Positions 16,717-24,040 of a stretch of DNA of 32,000 bases are shown in pieces (the first letter of the stretch is position 1; every line of letters begins with the position of its first letter). The position numbers were made by a program, and so were the translations under genes. The notes below the pieces were generated by a model. The model searched no databases. It saw only the letters and a program-made list of their open reading frames with translations, and was not told where the DNA came from. This stretch comes from Haloferax volcanii DS2 (GTDB lineage: Archaea > Halobacteriota > Halobacteria > Halobacteriales > Haloferacaceae), in NCBI RefSeq assembly GCF_000025685.1, contig NC_013966.1, positions 570,001-602,000 of the forward strand, in the 5' to 3' direction.

Positions 16717-18090
16717 ATGATTTCACACGAGCCAGTCAGAGACTGGGAACGACAACTGTACGGCTTTCTGACCGACGAATTCCCCGACGACGTGCGCGCG
16801 GACGGCGAGCGAATCGTCGCGGACGTACTCGCGGCGACCGTCGCGGGAGCGGCCGCGCCCCAACACGCGGGCGTCTTCCGCGACGCGAAACTGGCCGACG
16901 GCCCGGCGTCCGTCCTCGGGACCGACCGCCGGGTCGACCCGTCGCAGGCGGCGCTGTTGAACGCGACGGCGGCGATAACACAGGAGATAGAGGAGGGCCA
17001 CAACCGCGGCGGCCACGTGGGCGCGAGCATCGTCGCGGGCGCGGTCGGCGTCGCCGAGGCCAACGACGTCGACGGCGAGACGTTCGTCGAGGCCTGCGTC
17101 CGCTCGTACGAACTCTGCGCGCGCTTCGAGTACGCCATCTTCGCCATGAAGGCGCGGATGAACGAGGCGATACCGTGGCTCGTCCGCGACCCGCACTCGA
17201 CGTGGACGACGCTCGGCCCGGCGCTGACCGCCGCCGTCTGCGCGGGGCAGTCGCCCGACGAGGTGCGCGAGACGGTTCGCACCGCGCTGAACCTCGCGGT
17301 CGTCTCCATGCACGACCCCTTCGCGGAGGGCGCGCCGTCGCGGAACGTCACCGCCGGCTTCTCCGCGCAGGCCGGCGTGAGCGCCGCGACGCTGACCGCC
17401 GTCGGCCTCCGCGGGTCGCCCGCGGCGATGGAGGCCGTCTACGACCCGTTCGAGACGCTCCTCGCGGACGGCGAGTTCGCCGCGCTGTTCGACTCGCTCG
17501 GCGACGACTGGTGGCTCACCGAGGCCTACCAGAAGCCGTACCCGTCGTGTCGCTACACCCACACCCCGCTCGACGCGCTTCGGGACGCCGGCGCGGACGA
17601 CCTCGCGCCCGACGACGTGGACCGAATCGACGTGTACACCTACCGAAACGGCGTCGATATGAGCCACGCGCGGCCCGAGACGCTCACCGCGGCGAAGTTC
17701 TCGACGCCGTACGTCCTCGCCCGCTGGGTCGCGGACGGGCGCGTCGAACTCGACGACTTCCTCGACGACGCGCTCGACGACGAGGCCGTACAGGCGCTCT
17801 CGGAGCGCGTCCACCTCCACGCCGACGAGGCGTTCGAGCGGGCCTTCCCCGACGACTGGGGCGCGCGCGTCGAAGTGACCGCCCGCGACGGGAGCCGCTA
17901 CGTCGGCGAGCGCGAGTACCCCCGCGGCGACTCCCGCGACCCGCTGTCGGAGTCCGACCTCACCGCGCGCAACCGCGCGTTGCTCGCGTTCGGTCTCGGT
18001 GAGGACGCCGCGGATGCGGCGCTCGACGCGCTCTCGTCGGTCGGGGCGAACCCGGTCCGCGAGACCGTCGCCGCGCTGACGCGGCGATAA
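16717..18090 (+). CDS. MmgE/PrpD family protein, paralogue 2
   Basis: 457 aa. It has the same overall architecture as paralogue 1 (DVRADGERIVADVLAATVAGAAAP..., C-terminal Y-P-x-G-D-x-x-D-P-L). The antisense ORF 16723-18099 is a GC artefact. Confidence 0.8.
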   Translation: MISHEPVRDWERQLYGFLTDEFPDDVRADGERIVADVLAATVAGAAAPQHAGVFRDAKLADGPASVLGTDRRVDPSQAALLNATAAITQEIEEGHNRGGHVGASIVAGAVGVAEANDVDGETFVEACVRSYELCARFEYAIFAMKARMNEAIPWLVRDPHSTWTTLGPALTAAVCAGQSPDEVRETVRTALNLAVVSMHDPFAEGAPSRNVTAGFSAQAGVSAATLTAVGLRGSPAAMEAVYDPFETLLADGEFAALFDSLGDDWWLTEAYQKPYPSCRYTHTPLDALRDAGADDLAPDDVDRIDVYTYRNGVDMSHARPETLTAAKFSTPYVLARWVADGRVELDDFLDDALDDEAVQALSERVHLHADEAFERAFPDDWGARVEVTARDGSRYVGEREYPRGDSRDPLSESDLTARNRALLAFGLGEDAADAALDALSSVGANPVRETVAALTRR

Positions 18091-18091
18091 A

Positions 18092-18119
18092 CCGAACACT
18101 CGTTCGTTCAGTCCGAACG
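18092..18119. promoter_or_regulatory. Cluster of CGAAC/GTTCG half-sites (CCGAACACTCGTTCGTTCAGTCCGAACG) between the PrpD-2 stop and the iclR TATA box
   Basis: CGAAC (18093-18097) pairs with GTTCG (18102-18106). CGTTCG (18101-18106) pairs with CGAACG (18114-18119). This is a candidate operator and/or terminator hairpin. Confidence 0.4.
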
Positions 18120-18122
18120 AGA

Positions 18123-18140
18123 CGGTAACAATTATTACCG
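18123..18140 (+). promoter_or_regulatory. AT-rich TATA-like core inside the inverted repeat CGGTAA-CAATTA-TTACCG, about 28 nt upstream of ATG 18160
   Basis: Read directly. Its geometry fits a leaderless iclR transcript. Confidence 0.5.
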
Positions 18141-18159
18141 CACTCGATTAGTGATAACT

Positions 18160-18930
18160 ATGAACACGGACGGAAACGACGCGGCGGGAACAATCGGCGC
18201 TACGAAAACCTCGTTCGGCATCGTCGAACACATCAGAGACCACGACGCGAGCGGGGTGTCGGAGATTGCGAACGGCCTCGGCATCTCGAAGAGCACGGCT
18301 CACAACCACCTCAAGACGCTCGCGGAACTCGGGTACGTCGTCAGGCAGGGCGACGAGTACGCGCTGGGCCTGAAGTTCCTCGACCTCGGCGACCACGCCC
18401 GGACGCGACACGCGCTGTACCACGCCTCTATCGGCGAGATGGACGACCTCGTCGAGGCCGTCGGCGAGCGCGGACAGGTGATGGTCGAGGAGAACGGCCG
18501 CGGCGTCTACATCTATCAGGTGAAATCCGAGCAGGGCCTCCAGACCGACTCGCACATCGGGACGACCGTCGACCTCCACACCACGTCGGTCGGCAAGTCC
18601 TACCTCGCGTTCTGCGACGAGGAGCGTCGAAACGAGATACTCGACGGCGAACTGACGCGCCTGACGACGAAGACGATAGACGACCGCGACGCCCTCGAAG
18701 CCGAGTTGGCGACGATTCGCGAGCGCGGCTACGCCTTCAACGACGAAGAGCGCATCACCGGCATGCGGGCGGTCGGCGCGCCGATTCTCTCCGACGACGA
18801 AACCATCCTCGGCGCGATTAGCGTCTCCGGCCCGACCACCCGGATGAAAGGCGAGTGGTACCACACGGAGGTCCCGGAAATGGTGACGCAGGCCGCCCGC
18901 GTCATCGGCATCCGCGCGACGTACTCGTAA
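18160..18930 (+). CDS. IclR-family transcriptional regulator
   Basis: The N-terminal wHTH reads TSFGIVEHIRDHDASGVSEIANGLGISKSTAHNHLKTLAELGYVVRQGDEYALGLKFLDLG. The C-terminal effector domain contains AFNDEERITGMRAVGAPI and ISVSGP. The start may instead be the GTG at 18151. Confidence 0.85.
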   Translation: MNTDGNDAAGTIGATKTSFGIVEHIRDHDASGVSEIANGLGISKSTAHNHLKTLAELGYVVRQGDEYALGLKFLDLGDHARTRHALYHASIGEMDDLVEAVGERGQVMVEENGRGVYIYQVKSEQGLQTDSHIGTTVDLHTTSVGKSYLAFCDEERRNEILDGELTRLTTKTIDDRDALEAELATIRERGYAFNDEERITGMRAVGAPILSDDETILGAISVSGPTTRMKGEWYHTEVPEMVTQAARVIGIRATYS

Positions 18931-18945
18931 TCGTCTCGCAGTGGC

Positions 18946-19392
18946 GAACGTCCGTTCGGCTGTGCTGTATTTCGTGCGATATTTGACGGTTGACGTGCTC
19001 GACATCCGGTGTCCGGAGACCGAGTCGACCGAGCGCGGAATCAAATTACACACATACGCTTGTAACGCACTTCCGAGAGAGCCGGCTCCGACATTCGTAA
19101 TACGGGGCGACTATCTCGCGAGGCGGTGGCTTCGAGGCGAGTCACTTCCGGCAGACATATAAGAAAAACGAGTACAGCATAAACGTTGATAATTCTTCTC
19201 ACCGCGGGCATCAAAAACGCGAGAAGAGCGGGCCAGTCAACCGTAGCAACACGACTGAGACCGACGGAAGAATCATGTTCGTTAACCTGAGATAATCGCC
19301 ACAGACGACCTTCAAACGGCGTTATTGTGGCATTGAGTCCACGACAGCATCACTGGTTCATCCCCGTATATTAGACGCTGAACGTCCGTTCG
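18946..19392. repeat. 13-nt perfect direct repeat GAACGTCCGTTCG (18946-18958 and 19380-19392), itself near-palindromic
   Basis: Read directly. The two copies bracket most of the AT-rich spacer. Confidence 0.9.
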
Positions 19393-19439
19393 ATTCGCTT
19401 CGCCACGCGGCCAGTCATGGGTAGACGGATGAATAAGTG

Positions 19440-19452
19440 AATAAATATATAT
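19440..19452 (-). promoter_or_regulatory. Strong TATA-like element (minus strand ATATATATTTATT), 22-34 nt upstream of an orphan ATG at 19418
   Basis: This is the most AT-rich stretch of the window. No ORF of 60 aa or more lies downstream on either strand apart from GC-artefact ORFs. Confidence 0.3.
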
Positions 19453-19596
19453 GCAGATATATCGGGGGAAATTGTTGTGTCCGGTTCGGCTCCGGCGACT
19501 GCCGAGAGTGGACGCCGCGGGGTCGAGAGCGCCGCCGCTCGAAGCGGTCGGCTGGGCGGGGACCGCGCGTGTCCCGGTCGCCGGCCGTGGAGCGAG

Positions 19597-20685
19597 TCAG
19601 TCGGCCATCGGGGCCTGCAACTCGCGTTCGGCCTCCTCGTCGACCTCGACGGGACCCTCGGCGAAGACGACGCCGTGTGCGCCCTCGCGCTCCTTCGCGC
19701 TCGCCGCGACGCGGACGAAGGAGGCCTTCTCGCGAGCGTCCGCGAGCGTGTGACCGCCGCAGTAGCTCACGCCGGAGCGAATCCCGCCGAGGAACTCCTC
19801 GACGAGCGGTTCGACCGGTCCCTTGTAGGGCGTGAGCGCCTCGACGCCCTCGCCGGCGTCCACGTCGCTCTGTTTGTCCTCGCGGTCGTCTGCGGCCTCC
19901 GTGGAGGCCATCCCGCGGGAGCGCTTGTACGTCTTGCCGTCGACCTCGACGACCCGGCCCGGTGCCTCGTCGGTCCCGGCGAAGAAACTGCCCATCATGA
20001 CGGTGTCCGCGCCGGCCATGAGCGCCTTCGCGGCGTCGCCGGAGGTCCGAATCCCCCCGTCTGCCATGACGTGGATACCGAGGTCGTGCGCCCGCTCGGC
20101 GCACTCCGAGACGGCCGTGAGCTGCGGGTAGCCCGCGCCCGCGACCTCGCGGGTCGTGCAGTGCGACCCAGGCCCGACGCCGACTTTCACGCAGCCCGCG
20201 CCGGCCTCCCAGAGGTCCTCGACCGCCGCCGGCGTGACGACGTTGCCCGCGACGATTTCGGGGTCGAACTCGTCTCGAATCCGTTCGACGGCGTCGAGAC
20301 ACAGCTCCATGTGGCCGTGGGCGATGTCCATCACAATCGCGTCCGCGCCGGCGTCGAGGAGCGCCTCGGTCCGGTCGAGGTAGTCCTCGTTGATGCCGAC
20401 CGCGCCCGCGACGGTCCCGCCCGCCTCGGCGACGCGGCGGACCTGTTCGGCCTGCTCGTCCACGTCGAGGAAGCGGTGGACGACGCCGAGGCCGCCGAGA
20501 CCAGAGAGCGTCCCCGCGAGTTCAGCTTCGGTGACGGTGTCCATGGCCGCGCTGACGAGCGGCGTGTCGAGGCGCAAGTCGGGCGTCACGTTGGTCGAGA
20601 GGTCCACGTCGCTCCGGCTGTCGACCGGGGAGCGCTGCGGAACCAGCAATACGTCTCCGTAAGAGAGTCCTGTGCGAATCTCCAT
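19597..20685 (-). CDS. IMP dehydrogenase/GMP reductase family protein lacking the CBS (Bateman) subdomain
   Basis: 362 aa. It begins [13 protein letters not shown], has the catalytic-loop Cys in [11 protein letters not shown], and contains [19 protein letters not shown] sequence lies 6 nt upstream of the ATG. Confidence 0.8.
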   Translation of the reverse strand: MEIRTGLSYGDVLLVPQRSPVDSRSDVDLSTNVTPDLRLDTPLVSAAMDTVTEAELAGTLSGLGGLGVVHRFLDVDEQAEQVRRVAEAGGTVAGAVGINEDYLDRTEALLDAGADAIVMDIAHGHMELCLDAVERIRDEFDPEIVAGNVVTPAAVEDLWEAGAGCVKVGVGPGSHCTTREVAGAGYPQLTAVSECAERAHDLGIHVMADGGIRTSGDAAKALMAGADTVMMGSFFAGTDEAPGRVVEVDGKTYKRSRGMASTEAADDREDKQSDVDAGEGVEALTPYKGPVEPLVEEFLGGIRSGVSYCGGHTLADAREKASFVRVAASAKEREGAHGVVFAEGPVEVDEEAERELQAPMAD

Positions 20686-20850
20686 CGTAACCCTCCACAG
20701 CCGAAGGGTGCGAGGGTCATAACGCCGACGAACGCGGTTCGCGTCGCCGCGGAACGAAACTATTACACGCTGGCGTTCGTCCGTTTACTAACACACGGCG
20801 CCGCGTCTCGTGCGAATCTCCGACCCATCGTAACCCCAACACAGTCGCCG
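20671..20850. repeat. Imperfect direct repeat of the guaB-like translation-initiation region (20671-20703 and 20809-20850)
   Basis: GTGCGAATCTCC matches 12/12. The upstream copy then has a 5-nt insertion, and ATCGTAACCC matches 10/10. Read directly. Confidence 0.85.
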
Positions 20851-21103
20851 TTCGCGGGCCGTGTGGTTCGAACCGTCCGCGAGCGACCGCACCGCGCGAG
20901 AGCGAGCTACCGGACTCGAATCCGGCGCGGAGTTCGCAAGCGTTTTGGTAGGCTGATATTGACGGATAGTTGCCGTGCCGGCCGTGCCACCTCGAGTCGG
21001 TATCGGTAGGTGGATCAGAGGCAACCCACAACGTCGCGATTGGTCCCCGCCTCAGTACTTCTCCGACCGAAGACATTTCTTCCGCGCAGTCCCTTAGGAG
21101 GGT

Positions 21104-22339
21104 ATGCAGACAGTCATTCTCGCCGCCGGCCGCGGCACCCGGATGCGTCCGCTCACGGACCGCCGACCCAAGCCCATGCTCCCCGTGGCCGACCGGCCGC
21201 TGGTCGCGCACACCGCCGACGCCGCCGTCGCGGCCGGCGCGACGGACATCACGCTCGTCGTCGGCTACGAGGCCGCAGACGTGCGCGACTACTTCGGTGA
21301 CGAGCGCGGGGGCGTCCCCGTCGAGTTCGCCGTCCAGTCGGAACAGCGCGGGACGGCCGACGCGGTCCGCGCCGCGGCCCCCCATCTCGACCCCGACGAG
21401 CCGTTCGTCGTGCTCAACGGCGACGCGCTGTACGACGTGCCGTCGCTTTCGACGCTGTACGAGGGGACGCCCGCGGTCGGGTCGTTCCGCGTCGACGACC
21501 CGAGTTCCTACGGTGTCCTCGACACCGACGACGAGGGCTTCGTCACCGGCGTCGTCGAGAAGCCCGCCGACCCGCCGTCGGACCTCGTCAACGCCGGCGC
21601 GTACGTCTTCCCCGCCGAAGCCCACGACTGGCTCGACGTGGCCGAGAGCGACCGGGGCGAACTCGAACTGACCGACGTACTCGCGGCGACCTGCGAGGCT
21701 TACGACGTGCGCGGCGTCGCCTTCGACCGCTGGCTCGACGTGGGGCGGCCGTGGGAACTCCTCGAAGCCAACGAGTGGAAACTCGACGAACTCGACCCGC
21801 GACTCGATGGCGACGTGTCCGAGCGCGCCGAACTCGACGGGCCGGTCGTCGTCGAGGAGGGCGCGACGGTCCGCTCGGGCGTGGTCATCGAGGGACCCGT
21901 CCTCGTCCGCAGCGGGGCCACGGTCGGCCCGAACGCCTACGTCCGTGGGCACACGCTCGTCGGCGAACACGCCAAGGTCGGCCACGCCGTCGAAGTGAAA
22001 AACAGCGTTCTGATGGCGGGCGTGACGGTCGGCCACCTCTCGTACGTCGGTGACAGCCTCCTCGGCCGCGACGTGAACTTCGGCGCGGGGACGAAGGTGG
22101 CGAACCTCCGCCACGACGGCGAAGCCGTCCGGCAGATGCTCAAGGGCGAACTCGTCTCCTCGGGTCGCCGGAAGTACGGCGTCGTCCTCGGCGACGAGGT
22201 GAAAACCGGCATCAACGCCTCGCTGAACGCGGGCGTCAGAATCCCGACCGGCGGCACGGTCAAACCCGGCGAGTCCGTCCTCTACGACCGCATCGACGAG
22301 CGAGAGACTGTGGACGAGACGAACGGGAGAGACGAGTGA
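21104..22339 (+). CDS. Bifunctional-type sugar-1-phosphate nucleotidyltransferase with a C-terminal left-handed beta-helix (archaeal GlmU-like), paralogue 1
   Basis: The N-terminus reads ILAAGRGTRMRPLTDRRPKPMLPVADRP. The C-terminus carries hexapeptide repeats (VGPNAYVRGHTLVGEHAKVGHAVEVKNSVLMAGVTVGHLSYVGDSLLG...). A GGAGGG sequence lies just upstream of the ATG. Confidence 0.75.
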   Translation: MQTVILAAGRGTRMRPLTDRRPKPMLPVADRPLVAHTADAAVAAGATDITLVVGYEAADVRDYFGDERGGVPVEFAVQSEQRGTADAVRAAAPHLDPDEPFVVLNGDALYDVPSLSTLYEGTPAVGSFRVDDPSSYGVLDTDDEGFVTGVVEKPADPPSDLVNAGAYVFPAEAHDWLDVAESDRGELELTDVLAATCEAYDVRGVAFDRWLDVGRPWELLEANEWKLDELDPRLDGDVSERAELDGPVVVEEGATVRSGVVIEGPVLVRSGATVGPNAYVRGHTLVGEHAKVGHAVEVKNSVLMAGVTVGHLSYVGDSLLGRDVNFGAGTKVANLRHDGEAVRQMLKGELVSSGRRKYGVVLGDEVKTGINASLNAGVRIPTGGTVKPGESVLYDRIDERETVDETNGRDE

Positions 22340-22344
22340 GCGAG

Positions 22345-22372
22345 GCGTGAACGAACACGCGTCGGATTTTTT
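22345..22372 (+). terminator. Hairpin GCGTG-AACGAA-CACGC followed by a T6 run
   Basis: Read directly, 6 nt after the stop at 22339. Oligo-T tracts are the known archaeal termination signal. Confidence 0.5.
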
Positions 22373-22439
22373 GACAATTGAATGACAGTTAATCTGCCAA
22401 ACAGTTATCAGACAGACCGTCGAACAACAGCCACAACGC

Positions 22440-23825
22440 ATGGACGTAATCGAGGGGGAGTTGTCGGCGATACGCGTGCTCTACGTCGATGACGACGAGG
22501 GGCTGTTGGCGCTGACGAAGCGGTTTCTCGAATCGGCGGACGACGGTATCGAGGTCGAGACGACCGACTCGCCGCGGCGGGCGCGGCGACTCCTTGAATC
22601 GGAGTCGTTCGACGCGGTCGTCTCCGACTATCAGATGCCCGAGATGTCTGGACTCGAACTGCTGTTGGAGCTCCGCGACGGGCGCGACTCCGGCATTCCC
22701 TTCGTCATCTTCACCGGACGGAGCCGCGAGGAGGTCGCCATCGAGGCGCTGAACCTCGGGGCGGACAGCTACCTCCAGAAGGGCGGCGACCCGACGGCGC
22801 AGTACGGCGTCCTCCGGCAGACGCTCGTCCGCATCACGGAACACCGGCGCGCGGAACGGCGACTCCGCGAGCGCGAGGCGTATCTCCGCGTCACCCTCGA
22901 CTCCATCGCCGAGGGCGTCGTCGCCACCGACGCCGACGGGACGGTCGTCCAACTGAACCGGACCGCCGAGGAGATAACCGGCTACGACGCCGAGGCCGCC
23001 GTCGGCGAGCAGCTTTCGGACGTGCTCCACCTCGTCGACGGCGCGACCGGCGAGCGCATCGACCCGGTGCGACGCGTCTCCGACGCGGACGGGGCGGTCG
23101 AACTCGCCGCGGGAACGAAACTCGTGACGAGCGACGGCGACGAGCGCTACATCGAAGACAGCATGTCGCCCATCAGGACCGACGACGGGCCGGTCGAGGG
23201 CGTCGTCGCCGTGTTCCGCGACGTGACCGAGGCCTACCGCGAGCGGGAGCGACGGGAGCGCCAACAGCGGGCGCTCATCGACCTCGCGACCGACGAGACG
23301 GTCATCGCGGGCTCGTTCGAGGACGCGCTGCCGCGAATCACCGAGACGATGGCGACGGTGTTGGACGTCGAGCGCGCGAGCGTCTGGCTGTTCGACGACG
23401 CCGAGACGCTCCGCTGTGTCGACCAGTACGACCGGTCGTCGGGCGAGCACAACGCCGGGACGACGCTGACAGCCTCGAACTACCCGTCGTACTTCGCGGC
23501 GCTGGAGACGAATCGGTCGCTCGGCGTCGACGACGTTCGGACCGACCCCGCGACCGCAGAGCTTCGGGGCGGCTACCTCGAACAGAGGGGCATCACGTCG
23601 CTGCTCGACGCGACGGTCAGGTCGGGCGGCGAAGTCGTCGGCGTCGTCTGTCACGAACACGTCGGCGAGCCGCGACGGTGGCGGAGCGACGAGCGGCGGT
23701 TCGCCGCTGAGGTCGCTGACAACGTGGTCATCGCGCTCATGCGAGCGACCGACGTCGACGCGCTCCCGACGAGCGCCGACGAGGACGGCACAGACGAGAC
23801 GCGACCGGGACGAGACGAGGGCTGA
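22440..23825 (+). CDS. Response-regulator receiver-PAS-GAF protein without a recognisable output domain
   Basis: The REC domain has the phospho-acceptor context VVSDYQMPEMSG and later YLQKG. A PAS-like segment reads LDSIAEGVVATDADGTVVQLNRTAEEITGY...VAVFRDVTE. A GAF-like segment covers about aa 285-440 (SVWLFDD...VVGVVCHEHVGEPRRW). A TATA-like CAGTTATC lies about 20-28 nt upstream of the ATG. Confidence 0.75.
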   Translation: MDVIEGELSAIRVLYVDDDEGLLALTKRFLESADDGIEVETTDSPRRARRLLESESFDAVVSDYQMPEMSGLELLLELRDGRDSGIPFVIFTGRSREEVAIEALNLGADSYLQKGGDPTAQYGVLRQTLVRITEHRRAERRLREREAYLRVTLDSIAEGVVATDADGTVVQLNRTAEEITGYDAEAAVGEQLSDVLHLVDGATGERIDPVRRVSDADGAVELAAGTKLVTSDGDERYIEDSMSPIRTDDGPVEGVVAVFRDVTEAYRERERRERQQRALIDLATDETVIAGSFEDALPRITETMATVLDVERASVWLFDDAETLRCVDQYDRSSGEHNAGTTLTASNYPSYFAALETNRSLGVDDVRTDPATAELRGGYLEQRGITSLLDATVRSGGEVVGVVCHEHVGEPRRWRSDERRFAAEVADNVVIALMRATDVDALPTSADEDGTDETRPGRDEG

Positions 23826-24040
23826 ATCGGCCGTCGCGCTGAGCGACCGGCCGACAGCACCACCCCGAGTCTCCGCTTCGACGATTCGAAGCTTCCATTC
23901 GGTCAGTTCTCGTCGTCGAAGTCGAATATCGGGTCCCCGAGTCGAGACGGGGAGTTGAAAAACGTCGGTTCCGCGACGAACCCGGCGAAATCGGCGCAGC
24001 ACCGTGAAATCTAAAATGCCCGTAGCTCCAAAGAACGTGT

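Noticed and set aside
18941-19162. A 73-aa ORF in the AT-rich spacer (MANVRSAVLYFVRYLTV...).
   Set aside because: It has a GTG-type tracked start and no promoter or SD context. Its composition is atypical for this proteome (Cys/Arg/Tyr-rich, not acidic). It is probably chance.
20860-20930. Possible tRNA, suggested by T-loop-like strings (GGTTCGAACC at 20866-20875; CCGGACTCGAATCCGG, or GGATTCGAGTCC on the minus strand, at about 20908-20923).
   Set aside because: I could not fold either into a canonical T-arm (5-bp stem with a 7-nt loop carrying the G-T-T-C pattern), and I could not find matching acceptor, D or anticodon arms on either strand. They are reported only as hairpins.
23903-24010. 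A minus-strand reading frame ending in an acidic, halophile-like tail (...DPIFDFDDEN*).
   Set aside because: Tracing the frame upstream reaches a stop (24011-24013) with no ATG, GTG or TTG start codon in between.
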